A stretch of DNA of 64,000 bases from contig CAYVHU010000014.1 in NCBI GenBank assembly GCA_964451415.1, positions 6,521 through 70,520 on the forward strand, in the 5' to 3' direction. The translations under genes and the position numbers were made by a program. Positions within the stretch are counted from its first letter, which is position 1. Each line of letters opens with the position of its first letter. Positions 1-8,729 of the stretch are shown here, one piece after another. The notes beneath the pieces are model-generated. The model saw nothing but the letters and a program-made list of their open reading frames with translations, had not been told where the DNA came from and ran no database searches. This stretch comes from an uncultured Magnetovibrio sp. Its GTDB lineage: Bacteria; Pseudomonadota; Alphaproteobacteria; Rhodospirillales; Magnetovibrionaceae.

Positions 1-9
1 TCGCCGGCC

Positions 10-1437
10 ATGCGCGGTTTGACGCGTCGTTTGCTGTTGAGTGGGGCCGCCGTGCCCAAGGGCATCAAGCCCGGATCGTTGATTTCGTTGCGTGCGCGGG
101 AATTGGCGGCCATGGGCGATTTTGCGGGCGTCAACGCTCTGCTGGGCGTGGTGCCGGGCTATCGCGGCAATCCGAACCTGCTGCGCGTTGAAATGGACAC
201 ACGTCTGTTGACCGGTGATGTGGCGCGGGCGTGTCAACTCGCCAATGCGAACATCCAAAGTCAGAAATCGGTCTATTGGCAACAGACCTTTAATTTTTGT
301 CAGGCCCTGGATGGGCAGATGGATTCCGCCCGACTGGGCTTGTCCTTGCTGGATGAAATGGGCGTCAAAGATCCCGTTTACACGAAGCTGATCGACGCCA
401 TCATCAACCAAGACAAGACACCTCCGGTGATCGACAGCCTGCCCGATCCGACCCCCTTGCAGTTGGCACTGGCGCGCGTGGCCAACGCCAAATTGCCCCC
501 CGACGTGATTTCGTCGAACCGTTTGGGCGTTCTACGGGCCATCGCCATCAGCCCCAACGCCAACGCGGAACTGCGCCTGGAAGCGGCCGAACGTGCCGAG
601 TCCGCAGGCGCGTTGCCCGTCGATTCCCTGCGTCAGCTTTACGCTTCGATCCGCTTTTCCGCCGATGAATTGAAAAATCCGTTGTCCGCCGCCGCGCGAC
701 GCTCCGGACCCATGAGCCGGGCTTTGCTGTATCGCGCCACGTTGATGCAAACGCTGCCCGCCGCGCAGGCCGAAGCTTTGCAGAGCGCCTTGAAACTGGC
801 GCGCGAGGGGGGGCGATACGCTTCCACCGTGCGCGCGTTTCTGCCCCAGTTGACCCGCCTGAAAGCCAGCAACGATCTGGTCTGGTTTGCCCCCGAGGCG
901 ATTCGTGCGTTTCTCATCATCGGACGCGATCAAGAAGCCACGGCCTGGTTCAATCTTCTGAAGGAAACCGCAGCGACCGATCCGCAAATGGCGCGTGCAC
1001 TGGAATCCCTGATGCCGGTGGCCCGGCTTTCGGGGTTCAAGGGCGCGGACACCTGGAACATGGACCGCCTGGATCCCTGGTGGACGTCCATCAAGGCGCA
1101 GCCGGATGCACGGCGTAAAGGGGCCGTTCTCGGGGCCGCTCTAGCGGGGTTGGGTGAAAATGTTTCCGACAGGATGTGGCTTAAATTAATCGACGGGCCA
1201 ACCCATAAAACCATGCTGGCGCCCTATCCTGCATTGTGGTTTTTGCTCGATAGCGCCGCAACCCAGTCGCGGGTCGGCGAAACGGTTCTGTTGAGCCTGG
1301 TGGTTATGGGTGACGGCGGTCCCGCACGTGCTGAACCGATCGTTTTGTATCGCATCTTGAAATCTTTGCGTTTTATCGGCCTCGATCATGAGGCCCGCGC
1401 GTTGGCACTGGAAGCGGTCGTGGCTGCGGGGATATAG
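10..1437 (+). CDS. conserved hypothetical protein (475 aa in the track). The frame is open back to nt 1, so the true 5' end may lie outside the window.
   Basis: Long ORF with GC-rich third positions, co-directional with and 9 nt upstream of xerD. All overlapping ORFs are antisense or off-frame shadows. I recognised no catalytic motif. Confidence 0.5.
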   Translation: MRGLTRRLLLSGAAVPKGIKPGSLISLRARELAAMGDFAGVNALLGVVPGYRGNPNLLRVEMDTRLLTGDVARACQLANANIQSQKSVYWQQTFNFCQALDGQMDSARLGLSLLDEMGVKDPVYTKLIDAIINQDKTPPVIDSLPDPTPLQLALARVANAKLPPDVISSNRLGVLRAIAISPNANAELRLEAAERAESAGALPVDSLRQLYASIRFSADELKNPLSAAARRSGPMSRALLYRATLMQTLPAAQAEALQSALKLAREGGRYASTVRAFLPQLTRLKASNDLVWFAPEAIRAFLIIGRDQEATAWFNLLKETAATDPQMARALESLMPVARLSGFKGADTWNMDRLDPWWTSIKAQPDARRKGAVLGAALAGLGENVSDRMWLKLIDGPTHKTMLAPYPALWFLLDSAATQSRVGETVLLSLVVMGDGGPARAEPIVLYRILKSLRFIGLDHEARALALEAVVAAGI

Positions 1438-1446
1438 GAAAAGCCG

Positions 1447-2403
1447 ATGGGATGCCGGCGGATTGAGGAAGGACCGGCACCGCGTTCGCTTGGGGTGTTC
1501 CTGGAAATGCTGGCGGCCGAACGTGGTGCGGCGTTCAATACGCTGGAAGGCTACCGCCGCGATCTTGTGGATTTTGCGGCCTTTGCGCAGCGCCGCAAGA
1601 TCGAACTTGAGGATGCGGACGCACAGACTATTCGCGCTTACCTCAAGCATTTGTCGGCGCGCGGCATGGCGGCGCGGACCCAGGCCAGACGTCTGTCGGC
1701 CCTGCGCCAGTTCTATCATTTCCTGTTTGCCGAGCGTTTGCGCGCCGACGATCCCAGCGTTGCGATCGATGGTCCCAAAGCCGGTCGGCCCCTGCCCAAG
1801 TACCTTTCCGAAAAAGAGGTCGAGCGTCTATTGACGTGCGCCGCCAAACACAAGGGGGTGGAGGGCAAGCGGTTGGTGGCGTTGATGGAAATTCTCTATG
1901 CCACGGGGTTGCGCGTGTCGGAACTGGTGGGGCTGCCGGTGGATGCGCTTTCGCGTGACGGACAGGTTCTGATCGTGCGGGGCAAGGGTGCGAAGGAGCG
2001 CATGGCTCCTTTGAGTGAACCGGCGCGCGATGCGATTGCGGCGTATCTTAAGGTGCGGACGCATTTCATTGCACGCACCGTGAAAAGCGTACCGTCCCGG
2101 ATCACATCACGTTATCTGTTTCCCTCGCGCGCGAAGCAGGGCTTTTTGACGCGGGCCCGGTTTGCGCAAATTCTCAAGGCCCTGGCCGTTGATGCCGAAC
2201 TGGATCCGCGGCGCGTGTCTCCCCATGTTTTGCGCCATTCCTTCGCCAGCCATCTTCTGGCCCATGGCGTGGACCTGCGCGCCTTGCAACAGATGCTGGG
2301 TCATGCGGATATCTCCACCACGCAAATTTATACCCATGTTCTGGATGAAAGGCTTAAGCGTCTGGTACAAAGCGCGCACCCCCTGGCGAAGCAAGAGCCT
2401 TGA
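1447..2403 (+). CDS. xerD: site-specific tyrosine recombinase XerD
   Basis: N-terminal core-binding segment 'FLEMLAAERGAAFNTLEGYRRDL'. C-terminal catalytic region 'VSPHVLRHSFASHLLAHGVDLRALQQMLGHADISTTQIYTHV' (HxxR ... nucleophile Y), typical of XerC/XerD. About 318 aa. Confidence 0.9.
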   Translation: MGCRRIEEGPAPRSLGVFLEMLAAERGAAFNTLEGYRRDLVDFAAFAQRRKIELEDADAQTIRAYLKHLSARGMAARTQARRLSALRQFYHFLFAERLRADDPSVAIDGPKAGRPLPKYLSEKEVERLLTCAAKHKGVEGKRLVALMEILYATGLRVSELVGLPVDALSRDGQVLIVRGKGAKERMAPLSEPARDAIAAYLKVRTHFIARTVKSVPSRITSRYLFPSRAKQGFLTRARFAQILKALAVDAELDPRRVSPHVLRHSFASHLLAHGVDLRALQQMLGHADISTTQIYTHVLDERLKRLVQSAHPLAKQEP

Positions 2404-2445
2404 AGCCCCTATCTTTCCTGAGGACCTGTATGTTAGAAAGCCGAC

Positions 2446-3402
2446 ATGAATCATTATCTGGATTTTGAAAAACCCATTGCCGAGTTGGAAGGCAAGATCG
2501 CCGAGCTGCGTCACTTGACGGGCGAAGGCGAAGTCAACATTGTCGAAGAAGTGGGCCGCCTGCAAGCCAAAGTGAACAAGCAGTTGCGCACCCTTTACAC
2601 CAAGTTGACGCCGTGGCAGAAGGCCCAGGTGGCCCGCCATCCGGATCGTCCCCATACCGTGGATTACATAGAAGAGATGATCACGGACTTCACGCCCTTG
2701 GCGGGGGACCGTTTATATGGGGAAGACGCCGCCATGATTGGTGGTCTGGGGCGCTTTCGCGGACGCTCGGTGATGATCATCGGGATCGAAAAAGGGGCCG
2801 ATACGGAAAGCCGTGTGAAGCACAATTTCGGTATGGCCAAGCCCGAAGGGTATCGCAAAGCCCAGCGTTTGATGAAAATGGCGGACCGTTTCAATTTGCC
2901 GGTGATTACCCTTGTGGATACCTCCGGCGCGTTTCCCGGCGCCGACGCCGAGGCCCGCGGTCAGGCGGAGGCCATCGCCAAATCCATCGAGGTCTGTTTC
3001 CAAATTCGTGTGCCTCTGGTTTGTGTCGTAATCGGCGAAGGGGGCTCCGGCGGTGCCATCGCCCTGGCCGGAGCCAACGCGGTTTTGATGCTGGAACACT
3101 CCATTTATTCGGTTATCTCGCCGGAAGGCTGTGCCTCGATTTTGTGGCGTGACGGGGCGATGAACAAGGAAGCCGCCGCTGCCTTGCGTTTGACCGTTCA
3201 AGACCTGGACCAGTTGGGGGTGATCGACGCGGTGATCCCCGAACCTCTGGGCGGGGCGCACCGCGACCCCAAAGCGGCGATCCACGCGGTGGCGGAAGAA
3301 ATTTCCCGCCAGTTAGAAGCGTTGACCGCCTTCGATGGCGGGCAACTGCGTGCCAAGCGGCGTGAGAAATTTCTCGAAATGGGGCAAAAGGGCCTGGGGT
3401 GA
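2446..3402 (+). CDS. accA: acetyl-CoA carboxylase carboxyltransferase alpha subunit
   Basis: '[18 protein letters not shown]', '[29 protein letters not shown]' and '[15 protein letters not shown]' are hallmark AccA segments. 318 aa. Confidence 0.93.
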   Translation: MNHYLDFEKPIAELEGKIAELRHLTGEGEVNIVEEVGRLQAKVNKQLRTLYTKLTPWQKAQVARHPDRPHTVDYIEEMITDFTPLAGDRLYGEDAAMIGGLGRFRGRSVMIIGIEKGADTESRVKHNFGMAKPEGYRKAQRLMKMADRFNLPVITLVDTSGAFPGADAEARGQAEAIAKSIEVCFQIRVPLVCVVIGEGGSGGAIALAGANAVLMLEHSIYSVISPEGCASILWRDGAMNKEAAAALRLTVQDLDQLGVIDAVIPEPLGGAHRDPKAAIHAVAEEISRQLEALTAFDGGQLRAKRREKFLEMGQKGLG

Positions 3403-3423
3403 GGGTGTCGCCTCGGGCTTTTC

Positions 3424-3494
3424 GTTCACAGCATGAACAAAGGATTGACGGCCCTTGTGAAGGGGCGTTAAAAAGGTGTGTTCAGTCTGTGAAC
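3424..3494 (+). promoter_or_regulatory. candidate promoter/operator: two copies of the palindrome GTTCA-N5-TGAAC flanking a sigma70-like TTGACG-17nt-TTAAAA
   Basis: GTTCAcagcaTGAAC at 3424..3438 and GTTCAgtctgTGAAC at 3480..3494. TTGACG at 3445..3450, a 17-nt spacer, TTAAAA at 3468..3473. It lies in the accA-regulator intergenic region. Confidence 0.35.
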
Positions 3495-3514
3495 GTGGGA
3501 GGAGCCCTAGGGTC

Positions 3515-4168
3515 GTGTCCGAACAAGGCGGCGTAAAAGGTGAACTGAAGCTGACGGACCGCACTATGTTGGGTCTGTTGGCGGAGCTTGAAGACAGCAA
3601 GGCTGTGACCCAGCGCGGTCTGGCCGTACGGCTCGGCGTTGCTTTGGGCTTGGTCAACAGTTTGCTGAAACGTGCGATACGAAAGGGTCTGGTCAAGGTC
3701 GTTCAGGTGCCGGCCAGGCGCTACGCCTATTACGTCACGCCCAAGGGTTTCGGCGAGAAAAGTCGTTTGGTGGCGGAATACCTTTCCAGTTCCTTGGACT
3801 TTTTCCGTCAGGCGCGCGATGAATTTTCGGCTGTTTACGCTGCCGCGGAAGCTCGTGGTTTGAGCCGCGTGGTTTTTTTCGGCACGGGGGAACTGGCGGA
3901 AATCGCTATGTTGTCGGCGCGCGACAGCGGCCTTGATGTTGTGGGCGTTGTCCAGCCCGGGGCTAATCAGGCGCGTTTTTCAGGTCTTTCGGTGATTAAT
4001 AGCTTAGATGCGCTTAAGGACATGGACATTGAAGCGGTGGTCATCACCGGCACCGATGATCCGCAACGCGCCTATACTTTATTGCGCGAGCATTTCGCCG
4101 ATGGGCGTATTTTGGTCGCGCCGTTGCTGCACGTCAGCCGCCAACCCGATGGGGAGGGCGCACAATGA
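3515..4168 (+). CDS. winged-helix (MarR-like) transcriptional regulator with a C-terminal Rossmann-like domain. The start is ambiguous (track 3476, GTG 3515, ATG 3566).
   Basis: wHTH segment 'AVTQRGLAVRLGVALGLVNSLLKRAIRKGLVKVVQVPARRYAYYVTPKGF', then 'RVVFFGTGELAEIAMLSA...VVGVVQP'. AGGAG at 3500..3504 precedes GTG 3515. The track start at 3476 would overlap the second palindrome and the putative -10. The stop overlaps the next start (ATGA). Confidence 0.6.
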   Translation: MSEQGGVKGELKLTDRTMLGLLAELEDSKAVTQRGLAVRLGVALGLVNSLLKRAIRKGLVKVVQVPARRYAYYVTPKGFGEKSRLVAEYLSSSLDFFRQARDEFSAVYAAAEARGLSRVVFFGTGELAEIAMLSARDSGLDVVGVVQPGANQARFSGLSVINSLDALKDMDIEAVVITGTDDPQRAYTLLREHFADGRILVAPLLHVSRQPDGEGAQ

Positions 4169-4662
4169 AGGCGTGGTTCGTGGTGCGCACCAAGACCGGC
4201 GCGGAAGATCGCGCGCGGTGGCATTTGAACAATCAGGATTTTGAGGTTTATCTGCCTCGATATCGCAAGACCATCCGTCACGCGCGCAAGACCTCAACCG
4301 TGTTGCGCGCGCTGTTTCCGGGATATTTGTTTGTGCGCATGGACACCGAACAGCAACGCTGGCGCGCCATCAACGGCACGCTGGGGGTCATTTCCCTGGT
4401 GCAGCTTGGCGATGGCCCATGTGCGATTTCCGACGGGATCGTCAACGCCGTTCGCGAACGTGAAGAAGGCGGTGTGGTGAGCTTGGCTCCCAACGGCCTG
4501 AAACCCGGAGACCACGTCCGCGTGCGCGAAGGTGTGTTCGCCGATCACACGGCCTTGCTGGCGGAAGTGTCCGACGACAGACGTGTGATCTTGCTTTTAA
4601 ACCTGATGGGCCGCGAAGTGCGCGTCAGTGCAAGCAGAGAAGACCTCGCCAAGGCGTCTTAA
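4165..4662 (+). CDS. NusG-family operon-specific antiterminator, RfaH-like (NGN + KOW domains)
   Basis: 165 aa. 'WFVVRTKTGAEDRARWHL...', 'LFPGYLFVRMD' (NGN), 'PGDHVRVREGVFADHTALL' (KOW) and 'LLLNLMGREVRVS' parallel the E. coli RfaH architecture. It sits directly upstream of the glycan operons. Confidence 0.75.
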   Translation: MKAWFVVRTKTGAEDRARWHLNNQDFEVYLPRYRKTIRHARKTSTVLRALFPGYLFVRMDTEQQRWRAINGTLGVISLVQLGDGPCAISDGIVNAVREREEGGVVSLAPNGLKPGDHVRVREGVFADHTALLAEVSDDRRVILLLNLMGREVRVSASREDLAKAS

Positions 4663-4717
4663 AAGAGCGTGCGAGGAAAAAAACTGAAATTTGGCACTTC
4701 GGAGATTTCACCCGGAG

Positions 4718-4729
4718 TGCGGTAGCGTG
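4718..4729 (+). promoter_or_regulatory. ops-like (operon polarity suppressor) element, TGCGGTAGCGTG
   Basis: 11/12 match to the enterobacterial ops GGCGGTAGCGTG (consensus GGCGGTAGnnTG). It is on the non-template strand, in the leader between the RfaH-like gene and the first NulO gene (ATG 4751). Confidence 0.5.
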
Positions 4730-4750
4730 TCTGAAGTTTGGATTCTTCAT

Positions 4751-5824
4751 ATGAGTACTTTTGTGATCGCCGAGGCTGGTGTCAACCATAATGGCCAGTT
4801 GGATCTGGCGATGAAGTTGATTGACGTCGCCGCCGATGCCGGTGCGGATGCGGTGAAGTTCCAGACTTTCAAGGCCGAGAAACTGGCCATGGAAAGCGCC
4901 GCCATGGCACGTTATCAAAAGCAAAACATCGGGCGCGATGAGCCACAGGTGGACATGCTGCGCCGTCTGGAATTGGCCCCCGAAGATCACGCCGTTCTGG
5001 TTGAACATTGTGCTGAGCGGAAGATCGAATTTCTGTCTTCCCCGTTTGACAATGACAGTGTGCGTTTCTTGTGTGGAGAACTGGGGCTGAAGACGATCAA
5101 AATTCCATCGGGTGAGTTAACCAACGCCCCCTATCTGTACGCCATTGCGACGTTCGGGGTGGATGTGATCCTGTCCACCGGCATGGCGGATATGAGCGAG
5201 ATTCGCGACGCATTGGATGTGCTGGCCTATGGCCTGCTGGGGGGGGGCGCGCCCAAAGGGGGCGACGCTGTAAAGGGCGCCTCGCAAACCCCGGAAGGCC
5301 GTGACGTTCTGGCACGCAAGGTGACGCTTTTGCATTGTACCAGCGAATATCCGGCCCCTCTGGACACCATAAATCTGAAAGCCATGGATACCTTGAGCGA
5401 TGCTTTTTGTGTGGCTGTCGGCCTGTCGGATCACAGCGAAGGCACGGCTGTGCCCATCGCTGCCGTGGCGCGTGGTGCGGTTGTGATCGAAAAGCACATC
5501 ACCTTGGACCGGACTTTGGCGGGGCCGGATCACAAGGCTTCCATCGAACCGGGAGAGTTGGCGCGCATGGTCAAAGGTATTCGCGATGTTGAAATGGCGC
5601 TGGGGACAGGTGACAAGGTTCCGTACGCGCAGGAACTTGAAAACCGTGCCATCGTGCGCAAGGGTCTGTTTTGTGCGCGCGACATCGCGGCGGGTGAGCT
5701 TTTCGGTCCCAACGATTTTCTGGTGCGTCGCCCGGAACAAGGGGCATCGCCCATGCGTTATTGGGATTTGCTGGGCACGCCCGCTGCGCGGGCCTATGTC
5801 AAGGGTGAGGCTGTGGACCCATGA
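4751..5824 (+). CDS. NeuB-family nonulosonic acid synthase (legionaminic/N-acetylneuraminic acid synthase type) with a C-terminal SAF domain
   Basis: 'FVIAEAGVNHNGQLDLAMKLIDVAADAGADAVKFQTF', 'LLHCTSEYPAP', 'GLSDHSEGTAVPIAAVARGAVVIEKHITLD', and a C-terminal 'RKGLFCARDIAAGELF' antifreeze-like/SAF domain. I chose ATG 4751 because the track start (4691) would swallow the ops-like leader. Confidence 0.85.
   Translation: MSTFVIAEAGVNHNGQLDLAMKLIDVAADAGADAVKFQTFKAEKLAMESAAMARYQKQNIGRDEPQVDMLRRLELAPEDHAVLVEHCAERKIEFLSSPFDNDSVRFLCGELGLKTIKIPSGELTNAPYLYAIATFGVDVILSTGMADMSEIRDALDVLAYGLLGGGAPKGGDAVKGASQTPEGRDVLARKVTLLHCTSEYPAPLDTINLKAMDTLSDAFCVAVGLSDHSEGTAVPIAAVARGAVVIEKHITLDRTLAGPDHKASIEPGELARMVKGIRDVEMALGTGDKVPYAQELENRAIVRKGLFCARDIAAGELFGPNDFLVRRPEQGASPMRYWDLLGTPAARAYVKGEAVDP
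5239..5247 (+). repeat. G9 homopolymer inside the NeuB-family gene (currently in frame)
   Basis: ctgctGGGGGGGGGcgcg encodes 'LLGGGAP' within a Gly/Pro/Lys-rich stretch that looks like an insertion relative to typical NeuB proteins. Confidence 0.9.
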
Positions 5825-6477
5825 ACGCACCTTTCCTCATCATCGGGGCGGGTGGTCATGGTCAGGTGGTGGCGGATTTGTTGCTGGAAATGGGCGAAGA
5901 CGTTGTCGGGTTCACGGACATTGATTCCGCACGTCACGCAGCCACGATCTTGGGTGTTCCGGTTCTGGGCGGTGACGAGGTGTTGGACGGTTTTGCCCCG
6001 CACGCCGTCAATCTGGCTCTGGGTATCGGGGCTGCGGGGGATGATCTGATCGGGGCGTTGGCCGCACGTCAGGTCATTGCCAAACGTTTACAAGGCCAGG
6101 GTTATTCGTTTCCCGCTCTGGTGCATCTGGATGCCATCGTCGGGCGCGGGTGTGTCCTTGGGGATGGTACACAACTGATGGCCGGGGCGGTGGTGCAGGC
6201 GGGTACGCACATCGGCGCGTTCGCCATTGTCAATTCGCGGGCGTGCGTTGATCATGATTGCCGGATCGCAACAGGGGTGCATATTGCGCCGGGGGCGACG
6301 CTGGGCGGCAACGTTGACGTGGGCGAGGGCGCATACATCGGCATCGGTGCGGCGGTGGTGCACGGTGTGCGGATCGGGCGCGGTGCCCTGATCGGGGCTG
6401 GCGCGGCGGTGCTTGAAGATGTAAAAGACGCAACGTGTGTTGTGGGCGTTCCGGCCAGGGAAATAAAGCGATGTTGA
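5821..6477 (+). CDS. NeuD/PglD-family hexapeptide-repeat sugar N/O-acetyltransferase
   Basis: N-terminal Rossmann-like 'LIIGAGGHGQVVADLL...VVGFTD', then left-handed beta-helix repeats 'IGAFAIVNSRACVDHDCRIATGVHIAPGATLGGNVDVGEGAYIGIGAAVVHGVRIG'. ATGA overlap with the upstream gene. Confidence 0.8.
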   Translation: MNAPFLIIGAGGHGQVVADLLLEMGEDVVGFTDIDSARHAATILGVPVLGGDEVLDGFAPHAVNLALGIGAAGDDLIGALAARQVIAKRLQGQGYSFPALVHLDAIVGRGCVLGDGTQLMAGAVVQAGTHIGAFAIVNSRACVDHDCRIATGVHIAPGATLGGNVDVGEGAYIGIGAAVVHGVRIGRGALIGAGAAVLEDVKDATCVVGVPAREIKRC

Positions 6478-7523
6478 AACACTGGCGTGAGACGCTGATC
6501 CAGCCCGCGTCCACCATTATGGACGCGATGGAAACCCTTGAAGACACCGCCATGCAGATTTTGCTGGTGGTGGACGATGAACACCACCTCAAGGGCGTGG
6601 TCACGGACGGCGATATTCGTCGTGCGTTACTTGCGGGCAAGGGCATGGACGCGGGCGTGTCGGAGATCATGGTCCAGGATCCGACGCACGGTCATCCGAG
6701 CGATAGCCGCGACATGTTGATCAGCCGTATGCGTTCCTTGGGCCTGAACCATATTCCGGTCGTTGATGACGGCGGTGTTCTGGTCGATTTGGTCACCTCT
6801 GAGCCGCCGGGGACGCGATCCAATTGGGTGGTGTTGATGGCCGGGGGACTGGGTTCGCGTTTGCGTCCGCTGACTGACGATGTGCCGAAGCCGATGCTGC
6901 GCATTGGGGAACGACCGATCCTTGAAACCATCATCGGCCAGTTGCACGAGTTCGGTTTTGGGCGGTTCTATATTTCCCTGAATTATCTGGCGGAACAAAT
7001 CGAGGATTATTTCGGCGACGGTTCGCGTTGGGGCATTGAGATCGATTACCTGCGCGAAGATGAGCCGCTGGGTACGGCGGGGGCGCTGTCTTTATTGAAG
7101 GAACAGACCGATGCGCCGTTGATTTTGATGAACGGCGATCTTCTGACCAAGCTTAACTTCGGCAAACTGATAGACTTTCATGAAGAACACAAAGCTTCGA
7201 TGAGTGTATGTGTGCGCGAATATTCGTATTCGGTTCCTTACGGTGTTTTGGAAATCGAAGGTGCGTTTCTCACCGCGATCAAGGAAAAACCAAAACGCCG
7301 CGCCTTGGTCAATGCGGGGATTTACGTGATTTCACCTGAAGTTCTGGATCGTATCAGGCCTGGTGAGCGTGTCGATATCACCGACATCATCACGCAGCTT
7401 CTGGATGAGGGTAAAAGGCCTGCCGTTTTCCCGGTTCACGAATATTGGATCGATATTGGCCAGAAACATGATATGGAGCGTGCGACCCGGGAGTTTTCCG
7501 AGATCTTCAATGCGGATCATTAG
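6471..7523 (+). CDS. CBS-domain + sugar-1-phosphate nucleotidyltransferase fusion (PtmE-like architecture)
   Basis: CBS pair ('LLVVDDEHHLKGVVTDGDIRRALL', 'HIPVVDDGGVLVDLV'), then 'VVLMAGGLGSRLRPLTDDVPKPML' (G-x-G-x-R NTP-transferase loop). Start ATG 6471 overlaps the upstream stop. Confidence 0.75.
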   Translation: MLKHWRETLIQPASTIMDAMETLEDTAMQILLVVDDEHHLKGVVTDGDIRRALLAGKGMDAGVSEIMVQDPTHGHPSDSRDMLISRMRSLGLNHIPVVDDGGVLVDLVTSEPPGTRSNWVVLMAGGLGSRLRPLTDDVPKPMLRIGERPILETIIGQLHEFGFGRFYISLNYLAEQIEDYFGDGSRWGIEIDYLREDEPLGTAGALSLLKEQTDAPLILMNGDLLTKLNFGKLIDFHEEHKASMSVCVREYSYSVPYGVLEIEGAFLTAIKEKPKRRALVNAGIYVISPEVLDRIRPGERVDITDIITQLLDEGKRPAVFPVHEYWIDIGQKHDMERATREFSEIFNADH

Positions 7524-7540
7524 GTAAGGACAATTTTTTA

Positions 7541-8707
7541 ATGAAAACCGATTTCTTTTTTCAAATTGACAATCGCCTCTATTATGGCATCGGCAAGTCG
7601 CGTGAACTCAATGCGTTGATCGCGGACGAAGGCTGGCAGAACGTGACCATACTGGTCGACGAAGGTGTCGCCAAAAACAGCGCCTACTACACCGAAATCA
7701 AAGGGGTCATCGAAGGGGCCGCCGACGGCGTGACAGAAATTCAGTTGCGCGGTTCGGAAGAACCGTCCTACGACTATCTGGACGTCATCGCCGATCAGGT
7801 GCGCGCGCTGGACAAGGTCGATGCGATCATTGCCATCGGTGGCGGTTCCGCCCTGGATATTGCCAAGGCCGTTGCCGGTCTGCGCACCAACCCGGGTCCG
7901 GGCATCCAGTATCGCGGCTTCGATCAGTTGAGTGTGCCCGCCGTGCCCAGCGTATGTATTCCCACCACGGCCGGAACCGGTTCGGAAGTCACCATTAATG
8001 CGGTGTTTACCGATAAGAGCGAGATGAAAAAACTGGGCATCAATGGTCGCTATATGAACGCGACCTATGCGGTGCTGGACGCATTGTGGCTGGACAGCTG
8101 TCCGCGCGAAGTTGCCATTTCGGCGGGCATGGACGCCATGGTTCACACCCTGGAAAGCTTCATGACCAACAACGCCAACCCGATGACGCGCGCGTTCAAC
8201 CGCGAGGCCTTTGTGACGTTGTACAAGAACCTGCCGACGCTGGTGAACGCACCGCACGACAAGGATGCCAGACAGGCCATCTTGATGGGAGCTTATCTGG
8301 CGGCGGCGGGACTATTCAATTCCGGTTCCGGTATTTCCGGCGCGTTGTCCTATCCGTTGGGCGTGCACTACAAGGTGCCCCACGGCATCGGTGGCGGCAT
8401 CTTTATCGCTTCGGTGGTGGATTACAATGTCGATCACGGCTGGTATGAATACGCCGAGCTTCTTGATTTGATCGAACCGCACATCGATTGGAACGATGAG
8501 CAAAAAGCCAAACGCTTTGCGGAAATTATGCGCGAATTGTCAGATACCATGGGCGTCCCCAAGACCCTGAGCCAGTGGGGCGTCACCAAGGATAACGTTG
8601 AACAGGTGGGCGAACTGATGCACCCCTTGCAAGGCGCGTTCGACCAAAACCCCGTTGCCTTTAACGCCAAAACCGACGCACTGGATATGCTGCGCCGCCA
8701 CGTTTAA
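7541..8707 (+). CDS. iron-containing (group III) alcohol dehydrogenase family oxidoreductase
   Basis: 'AIIAIGGGSALDIAKAVA', 'IPTTAGTGSEVT' and 'AGMDAMVHTLESF' are classic Fe-ADH motifs. 388 aa. Confidence 0.75.
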   Translation: MKTDFFFQIDNRLYYGIGKSRELNALIADEGWQNVTILVDEGVAKNSAYYTEIKGVIEGAADGVTEIQLRGSEEPSYDYLDVIADQVRALDKVDAIIAIGGGSALDIAKAVAGLRTNPGPGIQYRGFDQLSVPAVPSVCIPTTAGTGSEVTINAVFTDKSEMKKLGINGRYMNATYAVLDALWLDSCPREVAISAGMDAMVHTLESFMTNNANPMTRAFNREAFVTLYKNLPTLVNAPHDKDARQAILMGAYLAAAGLFNSGSGISGALSYPLGVHYKVPHGIGGGIFIASVVDYNVDHGWYEYAELLDLIEPHIDWNDEQKAKRFAEIMRELSDTMGVPKTLSQWGVTKDNVEQVGELMHPLQGAFDQNPVAFNAKTDALDMLRRHV

Positions 8708-8729
8708 AAAGTTAGAAGGATTTTAGATT

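Noticed and set aside
1447-2403. XerD as the integrase of a genomic island or prophage.
   Set aside because: Its sequence and length fit the housekeeping XerD. It sits next to accA and a conserved hypothetical, and no att-like repeats, tRNA or phage genes are seen nearby.
2613-3152. Alternative-frame plus-strand ORFs inside confident genes. Examples: 2613..3152 in accA, 1388..1834, 30444..30935 and 47840..48361.
   Set aside because: These are off-frame overlaps with well-supported genes. Their composition is Arg/Gly-rich and they carry no motifs.
3424-3494. The GTTC-containing palindromes as alphaproteobacterial LexA (SOS) boxes.
   Set aside because: The alpha-type SOS box is a direct repeat (GTTC-N7-GTTC). 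These sites are inverted repeats (GTTC-N7-GAAC), and the context is a glycan regulator, not a DNA-repair gene.
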